From Gemmatimonadota bacterium (GTDB lineage: Bacteria; Gemmatimonadota; Gemmatimonadetes; Palauibacterales; Palauibacteraceae), in assembly GCA_965116475.1 (NCBI GenBank), contig OZ220691.1, forward strand, positions 608,001-672,000: a stretch of 64,000 nucleotides of DNA. Reading direction: 5' to 3'. Numbering within the stretch: position 1 is the first letter of the stretch; every line of letters begins with the position of its first letter. The notes below the pieces were generated by a model. That model was given only the letters and a program-made list of their open reading frames with translations. It made no database searches and was not told where the DNA came from. The position numbers and the translations under genes were made by a program. Below, one piece after another: positions 46,663-58,447 of this stretch.

Positions 46663-48192
46663 GTGGCGGAGTCCATGAACGAGGGAAATCGGGTCAGGAG
46701 AATGCTGGTGTCGGCCGCGCGCGTGTTCGTGGCGGCCACGGTCCTGATCTTCGCCGGCCTCGGCGTGGGGGCGCTCGTCACGACCCTTGGGGATGGGCCC
46801 CGGCAGCCGGAGGACGAGAGCCGGCCCGCGGACAACCCCTTTGCCCGCACCTCCCTGGCCGACCCCGCGAGTCGGCCCGCGAACCGGCCCACGCCCCAGT
46901 CGGTGGCCGAGATCTCGGGGGCCCGGCGGACGCCGACGGTCATCGCCGCGGTCCGCGTGCTCCCCTCGGTCGTGAGTCTCCGCACGGAGCGGACCGTTCA
47001 GTCGCAGGACATGTTCGCCCGCTTCTTCAACCGCGGCGGCCGTTCCCGGGTCGAGGCCGGCCTGGGTTCCGGCTTCGCCATCGACGACGCGGGCACGATC
47101 ATCACGAACGCGCACGTCGTGAGCGGGGCGGACCGCATCGAGGTCGTGGACCGCGACGGGCAGAGGTTCGAGGCCGAGGTGGTCGGCTTCGACGAACTCA
47201 CCGACCTCGCCGTCGTGCGGGTCCCGCCCGACCGGGTACCCGCGGCGCCGCTGGGCACGTCCTCGAACCTTCTCATCGGGGAGCCCGCGGTGGCGCTCGG
47301 GAATCCGTCCGGCTACGCCCTCCGCAACACCGAGGCGACGGTCACTTCGGGCGTGGTGAGCGGCGTGGGGCGCGACATCCAGGCGCCGGGCGGCCAGGAG
47401 GTGCTCTACGCCGACATGATCCAGACCGACGCGTCGATCAACCCGGGCAACTCGGGCGGGCCGCTGGCAAACGCGGACGGCGACGTCATCGGCGTGAACA
47501 GTTCGATCTTCTCCCGCTCCGGAGGATCGGAGGGGATGGGCTTCGCGATCCCCATCGACCGGGCGCTCGTCGTCGCCTCGGAACTCCTCCAGTTCGGGCG
47601 CGTGCGCCGGCCCTGGGCGGGACTGCAGGTGCTCACCGACCGGCCCGACCCCGAGTCCGTGTTCGGCCGGCCGCTCGTCGTCGAGGTCCTGGAGGGGACG
47701 CCGGCGGCCCACGCGGGGCTGCAGGCGGGCGACGAGATCGTGACCCTCAACGGGCGCGTCATCAACCACGACCTCGACTGGCAGGTGGGGCTGGTGGACT
47801 CCGGGGTGGGATCGACGGTGGACGTGACCTTCCAGAGGGGGGGACGGGAACTCCAGGCGCGCTTCCGGCTGGACGAGGTGCCGACGGGGCGGGCCGAGCG
47901 CATCGAGGTGCTCGCGGGGCTCCGGCTGATCACGGTCACGCCGCAGATCCAGCAGGAACTCAACCTCCGGGTCGACGCCGGCGCGCTCATCGCGTCCGTC
48001 GGGGAAGAGGCCCGCGGGACCCGGCTCCGCGAGGGGGACGTCATCCTCAGCATCAACCGCAACGAGGTGCGCTCCGCCGAGGACGCGGGCGAACTGTTCG
48101 AGTACTACGCGCGGTCCCGGGAAGGCTCGGTGCAGCTCTACATCGCGCGCGGAACGGAGATCGGATACCTCCAGCCCTTCCGCGTCCGCTGA
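46663..48192 (+). CDS. HtrA/DegP-like trypsin serine protease with PDZ domains
   Basis: TM anchor; TNAHVV, DLAVV, TDASINPGNSGGPL triad; two PDZ-like domains. Confidence 0.92.
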   Translation: MAESMNEGNRVRRMLVSAARVFVAATVLIFAGLGVGALVTTLGDGPRQPEDESRPADNPFARTSLADPASRPANRPTPQSVAEISGARRTPTVIAAVRVLPSVVSLRTERTVQSQDMFARFFNRGGRSRVEAGLGSGFAIDDAGTIITNAHVVSGADRIEVVDRDGQRFEAEVVGFDELTDLAVVRVPPDRVPAAPLGTSSNLLIGEPAVALGNPSGYALRNTEATVTSGVVSGVGRDIQAPGGQEVLYADMIQTDASINPGNSGGPLANADGDVIGVNSSIFSRSGGSEGMGFAIPIDRALVVASELLQFGRVRRPWAGLQVLTDRPDPESVFGRPLVVEVLEGTPAAHAGLQAGDEIVTLNGRVINHDLDWQVGLVDSGVGSTVDVTFQRGGRELQARFRLDEVPTGRAERIEVLAGLRLITVTPQIQQELNLRVDAGALIASVGEEARGTRLREGDVILSINRNEVRSAEDAGELFEYYARSREGSVQLYIARGTEIGYLQPFRVR

Positions 48193-48302
48193 CCCGCCGG
48201 TTTCCGGGGCTTTTGCACAGGGCGGTCATGGGCTAGACTGCGACCTTACGGCGACCGAGGTCGCCCCGGGAGGGCCGCTGGCTGGATTGGACTGCGCCTC
48301 TG

Positions 48303-49733
48303 ATGGCGGAACGTCACTACCCACATCCTCTCATCGACCGCTACGCCTCGAGCGAGATGGCGGCGGTTTTCTCCCCTCGCATGCAGGCGCTCGTCTGGCG
48401 CGATCTGTGGATTGCGCTCGCGGAGGAAGAACGGGCGCTCGGCGTCGAGATTCCCAACGACGCCATCGTCGCGATGCACGCGGCGCGGGAGCAGATCGAC
48501 CTCGACCGGATCGCCGTCATCGAGCGCGATCTCCGTCACGACGTGATGGCGCACGTGCATCACTTCGGCGAGGTCGCCCCGGAGGCCCGGAAGTACATCC
48601 ACCTTGGCGCGACGAGCGCCTTCGTGGGCGACAACCACGGCCTCATCCAGCACCAGCAGGGTCTCGACATCGTGCGCGACCGGCTGCTGGGAACGATCGA
48701 GGACCTCGCCGCCTTCGCCCGCGCCCAGGCCGCCGAGCCGACCCTCGGCTACACGCACCTCCAGCCCGCCCAGCCGACGACGATCGGGAAGCGCGCCTGC
48801 CTCTGGCTCCAGGACCTCCTCTTCGACCTCGAGCAGATCGAAGCCGTGCGGGCGGAACTCCGCTTCCGGGGCGCGCGCGGCACGACGGGGACGGAGGCGA
48901 CGTTCCTCGAACTGTTCGACGGGGACGGCGGGAAGGTGGACCGGCTCAACGAGCGGCTCGCGGCGCGCTTCGGCTTCGCCGGCACGTACGACGTGATCGG
49001 CCAGACGTACCCGCGGAAGGTCGACCACCGGGCGCTCGCGGCGCTCGCCGGCATCGGCGCGTCAACGGCGCGCTTCGGGCACGACATCCGGATCCTGCAG
49101 GCGTTCGGCGAGATCGAGGAGCCGTTCGGGAAGCACCAGATCGGCTCGTCGGCGATGCCGTACAAGCGCAACCCCATGCGGAGCGAGCGGATCTGCGCGC
49201 TGGCTCGGCACCTCTGCACGCTGGAACTCGACGCGTCGTGGACCGCCTCCGTGCAGTGGTTCGAGCGCACGCTCGATGACTCCGCGAACCGCCGCATCTC
49301 GCTCCCGGAGGGCTACCTGTCGGCGGACGCGCTCCTCATCCTCGCGCGCAACGTGAGCGCGGGGCTCGTCGTCCACCCGGCCGTCGTGGCGCGCCGGCTG
49401 GGCCGGGCCCTCCCCTTCATGGTCACCGAGGAGATTTTGATCGCGGGCGTGAGGCGGGGCGGCGACCGGCAGGACCTGCACGAACGGGTGCGGGGGCACG
49501 CGCTCGCCGCGCGCGAACGGCTCGACGAGGGCGCGGAGGACAACGACTTCTTCGCGCGCATCGCCGCCGACGGCGCCTTCGGGCTCGGCATGGAGGAACT
49601 CCGCGCGCTCGCCGACCCGCACCGGCTCGTCGGCCGCTCCACCCACCAGGTGGAGCGCTTCCTGGCCAGGAGGATCGACCCGCTGTTCGAGGCCGCGGAC
49701 GCGCCGCGGCCCGCCGAGGAGGTCCGCGTATGA
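48303..49733 (+). CDS. purB: Adenylosuccinate lyase
   Basis: RHDVMAH, HLGATS, THLQPAQ, GSSAMPYKRNP, ERTLDDS. Confidence 0.95.
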   Translation: MAERHYPHPLIDRYASSEMAAVFSPRMQALVWRDLWIALAEEERALGVEIPNDAIVAMHAAREQIDLDRIAVIERDLRHDVMAHVHHFGEVAPEARKYIHLGATSAFVGDNHGLIQHQQGLDIVRDRLLGTIEDLAAFARAQAAEPTLGYTHLQPAQPTTIGKRACLWLQDLLFDLEQIEAVRAELRFRGARGTTGTEATFLELFDGDGGKVDRLNERLAARFGFAGTYDVIGQTYPRKVDHRALAALAGIGASTARFGHDIRILQAFGEIEEPFGKHQIGSSAMPYKRNPMRSERICALARHLCTLELDASWTASVQWFERTLDDSANRRISLPEGYLSADALLILARNVSAGLVVHPAVVARRLGRALPFMVTEEILIAGVRRGGDRQDLHERVRGHALAARERLDEGAEDNDFFARIAADGAFGLGMEELRALADPHRLVGRSTHQVERFLARRIDPLFEAADAPRPAEEVRV

Positions 49734-49758
49734 CCGAAAGAAAACTCGAAAGGACACC

Positions 49759-50712
49759 ATGACCCAGACCACGCTCGGCGCGGACGCGCCGGCCGCGCTG
49801 CACGACATCGACCTCCCGCTGCCGCTTCTCCGCAAGGGGAAGGTGCGCTCGATGTACGACCTCGACGACCGCATCCTGATGGTCGCCAGCGACCGCATCA
49901 GCGCCTTCGACTGCGTGATCCCGAACCCCATCCCCCACAAGGGGGCCGTGCTCACCCAGCTTTCGGCGTTCTGGTTCGACCGCACGGCGGACATCGTGGG
50001 CAACCACCGCGTTGCAAGCGACCCGGCGGCCATCGCCGAGGCGGCGCCGGAACTCGCCGGCACGGCCGACACGTGGGGACACCGCGCCATGCTGGTCGAG
50101 AAGGCGCGGCCCCTGCCCGTCGAGTGCATCGTGCGGGGCTTCATCTCCGGCTCCGCGTGGAAGGAGTACAGCCGCCACGGGACGCTGGCGGGCGAACCCC
50201 TCCCGGAGGGACTGCGGGAGTCGGAGGAATATCCGGAACCGATCTTCTCGCCCTCGACGAAGGCCGAGGAGGGGCTTCACGACGAGAACATTACGTTCGG
50301 CCGCATGTGCGAGATCGTGGGGACGGAACTCGCGGAGGAACTGCGCGACATCAGCCTCGCGCTCTACGCCGCGGGCCGCGACACGCTCCGCGAGCGCGGC
50401 ATCATCCTCGCCGACACGAAGTACGAGTTCGGGCGCGGGGCGGACGGGCGCCTCATCCTCATCGACGAGGTGATGACCCCCGACTCCTCCCGCTTCTGGC
50501 CCGCCGATTCGTACCGGATCGGAGGCGGCCAGCCCTCGCTCGACAAGCAGCCCGTGCGCGACCACCTGCAGGAGATCGTCGGGCGCGGGGAATGGGACAA
50601 GACGCCGCCGGCGCCGGCGCTCCCGGAGGAAGTCATCCGCACGACCTCGGAGCGCTACCTGGAGGCCTTCCGGCGCATTGCGGGCCACGAACTCTACGAG
50701 GCGCCCGCATGA
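49759..50712 (+). CDS. purC: SAICAR synthetase
   Basis: GKVR..Y, SDRISAFD, ECIVRG, DTKYEFG, DEVMTPDSSRFW, DKQ. Confidence 0.95.
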   Translation: MTQTTLGADAPAALHDIDLPLPLLRKGKVRSMYDLDDRILMVASDRISAFDCVIPNPIPHKGAVLTQLSAFWFDRTADIVGNHRVASDPAAIAEAAPELAGTADTWGHRAMLVEKARPLPVECIVRGFISGSAWKEYSRHGTLAGEPLPEGLRESEEYPEPIFSPSTKAEEGLHDENITFGRMCEIVGTELAEELRDISLALYAAGRDTLRERGIILADTKYEFGRGADGRLILIDEVMTPDSSRFWPADSYRIGGGQPSLDKQPVRDHLQEIVGRGEWDKTPPAPALPEEVIRTTSERYLEAFRRIAGHELYEAPA

Positions 50713-50966
50713 GCCGGGTCTGGTCCGTGGATGTCCGGGTCACGCCGCGGGAGGGGATCCTCGATCCGGCGGGGGAGACGATCCGCCGGGCGCTCGGGAA
50801 CCTCGGCTACGAGGGCGTACACTCGGTGCGCGCCGGACGGCTGATCCGTCTCGAGGTCGAAGCCGACGGGGCGGAGGCGGCCCGAGCCTCCACGGAAAAG
50901 ATGTGCGAACAGCTGATCGCGAACCCGATCATCGAAGACTACGTCGTGCGCGTGCGGGAGGGGTGA
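50709..50966 (+). CDS. purS: FGAM synthase subunit PurS
   Basis: [23 protein letters not shown]. Confidence 0.92.
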   Translation: MSRVWSVDVRVTPREGILDPAGETIRRALGNLGYEGVHSVRAGRLIRLEVEADGAEAARASTEKMCEQLIANPIIEDYVVRVREG

Positions 50967-50977
50967 GAGGGGTGAAC

Positions 50978-51025
50978 GGATGACGGTGGGGATGGAGGCA
51001 GGGATGAAGGTCGGGATGAAGGTCG
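50978..51025 (+). repeat. Four 12-bp units each containing an in-frame ATG (GGATGRMGGYNG) at the purQ start
   Basis: GGATGACGGTGG / GGATGGAGGCAG / GGATGAAGGTCG x2. Confidence 0.85.
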
Positions 51026-51810
51026 GAATCGTGCGGTTCCCGGGCTCGAACTGCGATGCGGACGTGTACCGGGCCGTGACGGAGGGGCTGGGGGAGCGCG
51101 CCACCTACCTGTGGCACAAGTCGACGGACCTCGAGGGCGTGGACGTCGTCGTGCTGCCGGGCGGGTTCTCGTACGGAGACTACCTGCGGGCGGGGGCGAT
51201 CGCCCGCTTCAGCCCGATCATGGGCGAGGTGATCGACTTTGCGCGCGCCGGAGGGCTCACGCTCGGGATCTGCAACGGATTCCAGGTGCTGTGCGAGGCG
51301 CACCTCCTGCCGGGGGCCCTCGTCCGCAACCGGAACCTCCGCTTCCGCTGCCACGATGTGGGGCTCCGGGTGGAGAACGCCGGGACGCCGTTCACGTCGG
51401 CCTATGCCGAGGGCGACCTGATCCACATCCCGATCGCGCACGGCGAAGGCCAGTTCGTCGCGGAGGCTTCGACGCTCGATGAGCTCGAGGCGGAGGACCG
51501 GGTCGTGTTCCGCTACGTCGACCGGCGCGGGCGGGCGACGGACGCCGCCAACCCCAACGGCTCGGCGCGCAACATCGCCGGGATCGTGAACGCGGAGGGG
51601 AACATCCTGGGGCTCATGCCGCACCCGGAGCGCCACTCGCTCTCGGTCCTCGGCAGCACGGACGGGATCGGCGTGTTCCGATCGCTGCTCGCGGCGGTCT
51701 CCGGCGGGAGGGGACGCCAACGCGATCAACGCGACCCACGCGACGCTGCGCCGCCGGAAGCCCCGGAGTTCGCGGCCGGAGCGGTGGCGGGGGCGGGGGT
51801 GTCGTCATGA
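51016..51810 (+). CDS. purQ: FGAM synthase glutaminase subunit PurQ (alternative in-frame starts at 50980, 50992 and 51004)
   Basis: [36 protein letters not shown]. Confidence 0.95.
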   Translation: MKVGIVRFPGSNCDADVYRAVTEGLGERATYLWHKSTDLEGVDVVVLPGGFSYGDYLRAGAIARFSPIMGEVIDFARAGGLTLGICNGFQVLCEAHLLPGALVRNRNLRFRCHDVGLRVENAGTPFTSAYAEGDLIHIPIAHGEGQFVAEASTLDELEAEDRVVFRYVDRRGRATDAANPNGSARNIAGIVNAEGNILGLMPHPERHSLSVLGSTDGIGVFRSLLAAVSGGRGRQRDQRDPRDAAPPEAPEFAAGAVAGAGVSS

Positions 51811-54113
51811 CGCGGTCCGCGCTCGAACGCGTGGAGGCCCGGCCGGGCGATCCGGTGATGAGCGCCGCGCTCGTGGCGGAGCACGGGCTCAGTCCGGAGG
51901 AGTGGGAGAAGATCCTCGGCTTCATGGGGCGGGAACCCACCTTCACGGAACTCGGCGTGTTCAGCGCCATGTGGTCGGAGCACTGCGGGTACAAGAACTC
52001 CCGGCCCCTGTTGCGGACGCTGCCCACGGAGAGCGCCGCCGTCGTTCAGGGTCCGGGAGAGAACGCCGGGGTCATCGATGTCGGCGGCGGGTGGGGCGTC
52101 GCGTTCAAGATCGAGTCCCACAACCATCCCTCGGCCGTCGAACCCTACCAGGGCGCGGCGACGGGGTCGGGCGGGATCCTGCGCGACGTGTTCACGATGG
52201 GGGCGCGGCCGATCGCCATCTTCGACAGCCTCCACTTCGGATCGCTCGACTCGCCGCAGTCGCGCTACCTGTTCGACGGGGTGGTGCGCGGGGTCGGCGA
52301 CTACGGCAACTGCGTCGGGGTCCCCACGGTGGGGGGCGAGGCGATCTTCGACCCGGCCTACGAGCGGAACCCGCTCATCAACGTGATGTGCATCGGCGTC
52401 CTCCCCCTCGAGCGCCTCATTCGGGGCGAGGCGGAAGGCGTGGGCAATCCGGTGATGGCGGTCGGCGCCCGCACGGGCCGGGACGGCATCCACGGGGCGA
52501 CCTTCGCGTCGGAGGAACTCGACGAGGAGGCCGTCGACAGCCGGCCGCAGGTGCAGGTGGGCGATCCGTTCACCGAGAAGCTGCTGCTCGAGGCGAGCCT
52601 CGAACTCATCGAGCGGGACCTCCTCGTCGGGATCCAGGACATGGGGGCGGCGGGGCTGACCTCCAGCGGGACGGAGATGGCGGCGCGCTCGGGCTCCGGG
52701 ATCGACATCGACGTGGCGTACCTCCCGGTGCGGGAGGAGGGGATGACGCCCTACGAGATGCTCCTCTCCGAGTCTCAGGAGCGGATGCTCCTCGTCGCGA
52801 AGCCCGAACACGAGGGGGCGGTGCGCGAGGTGCTGGAGCGGTGGGACCTGCAAGCGGCGACGATCGGGCAGGTGACGGACGACGGGATGTTCCGCGTGCG
52901 CGAAGACGGCGTCGTGCGGGTCGAGATTCCGGTGAAGCCGCTGGTGGACGATTGTCCGACGTACGTGCGCGAGGGGGTCATGGGTCCGGCGGTGGCCGAG
53001 GCCCGGTCCGCGGACCTCGAGGCGTACCTCTCCTTCGAGTCGGACGGGGAGGTGGACGCGGCGCTGCGGACGCTGCTCGATGCCCCTTCCATCGCCTCGC
53101 GGCGCTGGATCTACGAGCAGTACGACACGACGGTGCAGACGAACACGCTCGAGGGGCCGGGCTCCGACGCGGCCGTGCTGCGGCTGCCCGCCGAGGGGCG
53201 CGCGCTCGCGGCCTCGACGGACGGGAACGGGCGGCACACCTGGCTCGACCCGCGCACGGGGGGCCGGGCGGCGGTCGCCGAGGCGGCGCGGAACGTGGCC
53301 TGCTCGGGGGCGCGCCCGCTCGCCGTGACGAACTGCCTCAACTTCGGCAGCCCGGAGCGGCCGGAGGTGTACTTCCAGCTCGCCGGGGCCGTCGAGGGGA
53401 TGGGGGAGGCGTGCCGCGCGCTCCACACGCCGGTGACGGGCGGCAACGTGTCGCTCTACAACGAGACGGGCGGCCAGCCGGTCTACCCCACGCCGGTCAT
53501 CGGCATGCTGGGCGTCATCGAGGATCTCGAACGGCGCGTCCCGTCGGCGTTCCGGCGCGAAGGCGACGAGATCTGGGTCGCGGGCGCGACCCGCGACGAG
53601 ATCGGCGGGTCCGAGTACCTCGCGGCGTGCCACGGCCGCGTCGCCGGCCTGCCGCCGGCCCTGGAACTGGAAGAGGCGGCGGCGCTGGTCGACTTTCTCG
53701 TCGAGGGAGCGGCGGACGGGGCGTTCGCGTCGGCGCACGATTGCGCTGACGGCGGGCTGGCGGTCGCGCTTGCGGAGTGCGCGGTGCGGGCGGAAGGCGG
53801 GCCGCTCGGCTGCACGGCCGATCTCGACGCGGCGCCCGCCGAGGCGGACGTGTCGGCCGCGGGGCGCTGGTTCGGCGAGTCGCACTCGCGCGTCGTGCTG
53901 ACGTGCCGGCCCGGCGGGGGCGAGCGGATCGCCGCGCGCGGGCGGCGTCACGGCGTGCCCGTGGCGCGTGTCGGCACCGTGGACGGGCCCGACAGCCCGT
54001 GCCGGCTGACCGGCGCCGGCCACGCGATCGCCCCGCCGGCCCCCGAACTCGCGCGGATCTACGAGGAGGCGATCCCGCGCCGCATGAGCGAGGAGGCGGG
54101 AATCACGTCATGA
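51807..54113 (+). CDS. purL: FGAM synthase large subunit PurL
   Basis: [42 protein letters not shown]. Confidence 0.96.
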   Translation: MTRSALERVEARPGDPVMSAALVAEHGLSPEEWEKILGFMGREPTFTELGVFSAMWSEHCGYKNSRPLLRTLPTESAAVVQGPGENAGVIDVGGGWGVAFKIESHNHPSAVEPYQGAATGSGGILRDVFTMGARPIAIFDSLHFGSLDSPQSRYLFDGVVRGVGDYGNCVGVPTVGGEAIFDPAYERNPLINVMCIGVLPLERLIRGEAEGVGNPVMAVGARTGRDGIHGATFASEELDEEAVDSRPQVQVGDPFTEKLLLEASLELIERDLLVGIQDMGAAGLTSSGTEMAARSGSGIDIDVAYLPVREEGMTPYEMLLSESQERMLLVAKPEHEGAVREVLERWDLQAATIGQVTDDGMFRVREDGVVRVEIPVKPLVDDCPTYVREGVMGPAVAEARSADLEAYLSFESDGEVDAALRTLLDAPSIASRRWIYEQYDTTVQTNTLEGPGSDAAVLRLPAEGRALAASTDGNGRHTWLDPRTGGRAAVAEAARNVACSGARPLAVTNCLNFGSPERPEVYFQLAGAVEGMGEACRALHTPVTGGNVSLYNETGGQPVYPTPVIGMLGVIEDLERRVPSAFRREGDEIWVAGATRDEIGGSEYLAACHGRVAGLPPALELEEAAALVDFLVEGAADGAFASAHDCADGGLAVALAECAVRAEGGPLGCTADLDAAPAEADVSAAGRWFGESHSRVVLTCRPGGGERIAARGRRHGVPVARVGTVDGPDSPCRLTGAGHAIAPPAPELARIYEEAIPRRMSEEAGITS

Positions 54114-55561
54114 AGAGACTCCCGACGAATGCCGCCCCGGACGCAGACGCAGGGCGCGGGGCGTCCGAGCTGGACAAGCCGCGGGAGGAGTGCGGCATCG
54201 TGGCGGTCAGCGGCTCGTCCGCCGCCGCCGAACTCGCGTTTCTCGCCATGTACGCGCTCCAGCACCGCGGACAGGAGTCCGCCGGGATCGTCACGGTCGA
54301 CGGGTCCGGCATGTCGAGGGCCCACAAGGGTATGGGCCTCGTGGCGGACATCTTCGACGACGACGTGCTCGGCGGCCTCGAGGGGTCGCTCTCCGTCGGG
54401 CACGTCCGCTATTCGACGGCGGGAGGATCGAGCCTCCGCAACGCGCAGCCGCTCCTCGTGCAGTACGAGGACAAGCCGCTCGCGCTCGCGCACAACGGCA
54501 ACCTCACGAACGCGAACCAGCTCAAGCGCTCGCTCGCCCGCGACGGCTCGATCTTCCAGACAGACGCGGACTCGGAGGTCATCGTCCACCTCATCGCCCG
54601 CTCCCGGCACCGCGACCTGGACGGCAAGATCGACGACGCCCTCTCGCAGCTCGTCGGCGCCTTCTCCCTCCTCCTCTGCATCGGCGACACGGTGTACGCG
54701 ACGCGCGATGCGCGCGGCTTCCGCCCCATGGTGATGGGCCGACTGGGCGAGGCCGTCGTCTTCGCCTCCGAAACGTGCGCGCTCGACATCATCGGCGCCG
54801 CCTACGTGCGCGACGTAAAGCCGGGCGAGGTGCTGAAGGTTCGCGACGGCCACGTGGAATCGCTCCGGCCGCTGCCCCCCGCCGAGCCCAGCGCCTGCCT
54901 GTTCGAACTCGTGTACTTCGCGCGGCCCGATTCGCGCGTGTGGGGGTGCAGCGTGGACGAGGCGCGGCGGGCGTTCGGCCGCCAACTCGCCCGCGAGCAC
55001 CCGGCGGAGGCCGACTGCGTGTTCGCGGTGCCGGACTCGTCGAACTCGGCGGCGCTCGGGTACTCCGAGGTCAGCGGCCTCCCGTTCGAACTCGCGCTCA
55101 TCCGCAACCACTACGTGGGCCGAACCTTCATCCACCCGACGCAGAGGGGACGCGACTTCAAGGTGCGGGTGAAGTACAACCCCGTGCGCGAACTCGTCGA
55201 CGGCAAGCGCATCGTCGTCGTGGACGACTCGCTCGTCCGCGGCACGACGAGCAGCGGCCTCGTCCGGCTCCTCCGGGACTCGGGGGCGCGGGAGGTGCAT
55301 TTCCGGGTCGCTTCCCCGCCGGTGCGCTCCCCCTGCTACTACGGCATCGACATGCCGACGAAGGAGGAACTCATCGGCTCCAGCCACACGGTCGATGAGA
55401 TCCGGCAACACCTGGGGGTCGAATCGCTCGGCTATCTCAGCATGGAAGGCATGCGCGACGCCGTCGCGGATCACGGTCCCTTCTGCGACGCCTGCTGGAC
55501 CGGCAACTACGCGGCGCCGCTCGTGGACATGGAGCGGTCGCGGGCGTTGCAGACGGTCTGA
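54110..55561 (+). CDS. purF: Amidophosphoribosyltransferase
   Basis: Propeptide then [31 protein letters not shown], and Fe-S cysteines. Confidence 0.96.
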   Translation: MKRLPTNAAPDADAGRGASELDKPREECGIVAVSGSSAAAELAFLAMYALQHRGQESAGIVTVDGSGMSRAHKGMGLVADIFDDDVLGGLEGSLSVGHVRYSTAGGSSLRNAQPLLVQYEDKPLALAHNGNLTNANQLKRSLARDGSIFQTDADSEVIVHLIARSRHRDLDGKIDDALSQLVGAFSLLLCIGDTVYATRDARGFRPMVMGRLGEAVVFASETCALDIIGAAYVRDVKPGEVLKVRDGHVESLRPLPPAEPSACLFELVYFARPDSRVWGCSVDEARRAFGRQLAREHPAEADCVFAVPDSSNSAALGYSEVSGLPFELALIRNHYVGRTFIHPTQRGRDFKVRVKYNPVRELVDGKRIVVVDDSLVRGTTSSGLVRLLRDSGAREVHFRVASPPVRSPCYYGIDMPTKEELIGSSHTVDEIRQHLGVESLGYLSMEGMRDAVADHGPFCDACWTGNYAAPLVDMERSRALQTV

Positions 55562-57141
55562 TGCCGCGCGGTCTCGCCACCCATTTCAAGCCTGCCGTCG
55601 CCGCCCTCGCCTGCGCCGGCATCGCGGCCTTCCCGGCCTGCGCCCCCGCGGACCCGGCGGCCTGCGCGCTGATCTTCTCCACGAACGACTCGCACGGACG
55701 GCTGTTGCCGGCGGAGCAGAACTGGTCGGAGGGGCGCCCGGTCGGCGGGGCCGCCGCGCTCGCCGCCTACGTGACGCGGGAGCGCTCCGCGACGCCCGAG
55801 TGTCCCCTCTTCGTCGCCTCCGGCGGCGACATCATGCAGGGCACGCCGATCTCGAACTTCACGGACGGGCGCTCGATGATCGAGGCCATGAACGGGATCG
55901 GCTACGACGCCGCCGCGATCGGGAACCACGAATTCGACTGGGGGGTCGACGTCCTCGTGGAGCGCATCGCCGACGCGGATTTCGCCATGCTCGGCGCGAA
56001 CATCTACCTCAAGGGCACCGACCGGCACCCCGACTGGGTCCAACCCTGGACGATCGTCGAGCGGGACGGCGTCCGGGTCGGCTTCATCGGCGCGACGACG
56101 CGGTCCACGCCCGTCGTCGCCCGGCCCTCGCTCGTGGCGGACTTCGACTTCCGGTCGATCTCGGAGGCGCTCGACCGCTACATCCCGGAGGTGCGGGAGG
56201 CCGGCGCGGACTTCGTGGTCGCGGTCATGCACGAAGGCGCCTTCTGCGAAGTCGGCGCGGAGGATGCGGCGGACGGCGGGTGCCGGGGCGCGGCCCTGGA
56301 AGCGCTCGCCGCGACGACGGAGAGCTTCGACTACGCGGTCACCGGGCATACGCACTCGCGCGTGGAGACCGAGATTCGGGGCGTGCCCGTCGTCCAGTCG
56401 TACTCGAACACGATGGCGTACGGCCTCGGGCGCATCGACCGGAGCGCGGAGGGGGCCGTGAGCGCGGAGCGCCTCGGCGTTCGGCAGGCGTGGGCGGACG
56501 AGATCGCGCCCGACCCGGACGTCGAGCGGCTCGTCGCCTCCTACAGCGCCGAGATCGCGGCCATCGTCGACCGCATCATCGTGGACCTCCCGGAGGCGCT
56601 TTCCGCCCCGCGGGACGGGGACTTCCCCCTCGGCCGCATCGTGGCCGACGCGCAGCGCCACGCGAGCGGGGCCGATGTCGCGCTCATGAACAACGGCGGC
56701 ATCCGGCGGTCGCTGCCGGCAGGCCCGGTCACCTTCGAAGATCTCTTCGAGCTGCAGCCGTTCAACAACATGCTCGTCCGCCACACGATGACCGGCGCGC
56801 AACTGTTGCGGACGCTCGAGCACTCGGCCCGCGACGGAGACGTAGACCTGCACGCGAGCGGCATCGTCGTCCGCTACGATCCGGCGGCGCCCCTGGGCGA
56901 GCGGATTCTCGACGTGACGTTCGACGACGGATCGCCGCTCCGGCCCGAAGGCCGCTACGTCGTCACCGCCAACGACTTCATCGCGACCGGGGGCGGCGGC
57001 TACACGACGTTCGCCGAAGCCGAGCTCATCGACGCGATGGAAGTCGCGGATCTGGAGGCGCTCGTCGCCTACCTGGAGGCACAGCCGCGGCCCCTTCCCA
57101 TCCCCCGCGCCCCCCGCTGGATCGAATCTCCCACGCCCTGA
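55561..57141 (+). CDS. Bifunctional metallophosphatase/5'-nucleotidase (likely lipoprotein)
   Basis: TNDSHG, GGD..QG, GNHEFD, GHTH, NNGGIR, PFNN, NDF...GG.GY. Confidence 0.9.
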   Translation: MPRGLATHFKPAVAALACAGIAAFPACAPADPAACALIFSTNDSHGRLLPAEQNWSEGRPVGGAAALAAYVTRERSATPECPLFVASGGDIMQGTPISNFTDGRSMIEAMNGIGYDAAAIGNHEFDWGVDVLVERIADADFAMLGANIYLKGTDRHPDWVQPWTIVERDGVRVGFIGATTRSTPVVARPSLVADFDFRSISEALDRYIPEVREAGADFVVAVMHEGAFCEVGAEDAADGGCRGAALEALAATTESFDYAVTGHTHSRVETEIRGVPVVQSYSNTMAYGLGRIDRSAEGAVSAERLGVRQAWADEIAPDPDVERLVASYSAEIAAIVDRIIVDLPEALSAPRDGDFPLGRIVADAQRHASGADVALMNNGGIRRSLPAGPVTFEDLFELQPFNNMLVRHTMTGAQLLRTLEHSARDGDVDLHASGIVVRYDPAAPLGERILDVTFDDGSPLRPEGRYVVTANDFIATGGGGYTTFAEAELIDAMEVADLEALVAYLEAQPRPLPIPRAPRWIESPTP

Positions 57142-57204
57142 GCCCGTAGCCACCGCTGATCCGGTCCGGCGGGGCGTCGTCGGACGAAACCAAACGCCGG
57201 TCGC

Positions 57205-58308
57205 TTGTGGGGGACGATCTCGATCGTCCTCCTGCTCGCCTTCGGACAGGGGCTCCGTAACCAGTTCTCCGTGGGGCTGCTCAACGCCGGCGAGCGCATC
57301 TTCATGGTCTACGGCGGCCAGACGAGCATGGAACACGAGGGGCTGTCGAAGGGACGGCGGATCCGGCTGCGGGAGGAAGATCTCGACCTGCTGCTGCGCG
57401 CGGTGCCGGAGTTCGAGATGGGCAGTCCCTCGTACGGCCGCGGCCGGACGCACCTGAAGGTGGAGGAGAACCAGACGACGACCTACATGGAGGGCGTGAA
57501 CCCGGTCTTCTCCGAGTTGCGGCGCATGTTCCCCGCGCCGGGCGGCCGGTTCATCAACCAGCGCGACATCGACGAAAAGCGCCGCGTGCTCTTCCTCGGA
57601 GACGGGATCGCGGGACGGCTGTTCGGCGACGCGCCGCCGGTGGGGCGGACGGTGACGCTGGACGGGCTCCCGTTCCGCGTCATCGGCGTGATGGAGTCGA
57701 AGTTCCAGGACTCGAGCAACAACGGGCCGGACGAGGACCGGGCCGTGATCCCGGCCTCCACGTTCCGGAGCATCTACGGCCAGGAGTTCGTGAACCACCT
57801 GCTCCTGCGGCCCCGCGACGTGAAGGACGCGGCGGTCGCGAAGCAGGAGTTGTACCGGGTGCTGGGCGGGCGGTACCGGTTCGCGGCGGCGGACGAGCGG
57901 GCGCTGGCGATCTGGGACTTCATCGAGGACGAGAAGATCGTGGGCCAGATCGGGCTCGGGATTCAGATCTTCCTCGGACTCGTGGGCGCCTTCACGCTGA
58001 TCGTGGCCGGCGTCGGGGTCGCGAACATCATGTACGTCGTGGTGCGAGAGCGGACGCGGGAGATCGGCGTCAAGCTCGCCGTCGGCGGGGGGCTCGCGGG
58101 GCTCGCCATCGCGGCGCTCCTCGTGACGGGCATCGATGCCCTCCCGATCGACGACCCCGCGCTGCAGTACATCGTGAACCCGAAGCTCTCCGTCCCCATC
58201 GCCGCCGTGTGCGCGGGGATCCTCATGGCGATCGGCCTGGTGGCCGGCATCCTGCCGGCCCGCAAGGCCGCCCGGCTCGATCCGGTGGAGTCGCTGAGGT
58301 ACGAATAG
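57205..58308 (+). pseudogene. Degenerate MacB/FtsX-type ABC permease (N-terminus missing, internal in-frame deletion)
   Basis: Starts mid-TM1 (WGTISIVLLLAFGQG) with no homologous upstream sequence. ERTREIGVKLAVG is joined directly to GGLAGL. C-terminus PARKAARLDPVESLRYE is intact. No ATPase gene nearby. Confidence 0.6.
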
Positions 58309-58334
58309 CCACCCGTTTTTCCGTTCGCGAACCG

Positions 58335-58388
58335 TTACGCAAAACGCCCGTCACGGTTACATTTGTTGGCGACTCTTCGGAGGGTCGC
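58335..58388 (+). promoter_or_regulatory. Candidate sigma70 promoter (TTACGC-N17-TACATT) and 5' hairpin GCGACTCT-TCGG-AGGGTCGC for the TonB receptor
   Basis: -35 at 58335-58340, -10 at 58358-58363, hairpin at 58369-58388. Confidence 0.5.
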
Positions 58389-58447
58389 AGGAGTACGTTT
58401 CGATAACGATGTGTCATGCGAAGCACCCATAAATCGGAGGATAGCCG

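Noticed and set aside
48193-48302. Purine-related riboswitch (ZTP, PRPP or guanine) upstream of purB
   Set aside because: No recognisable consensus. Only a possible -10 (TAGACT) and a short hairpin are present.
58309-58447. Cobalamin or TPP riboswitch upstream of the TonB-dependent receptor
   Set aside because: The leader is short and lacks the B12-box and TPP (CUGAGA) motifs; only a promoter and one hairpin are seen.
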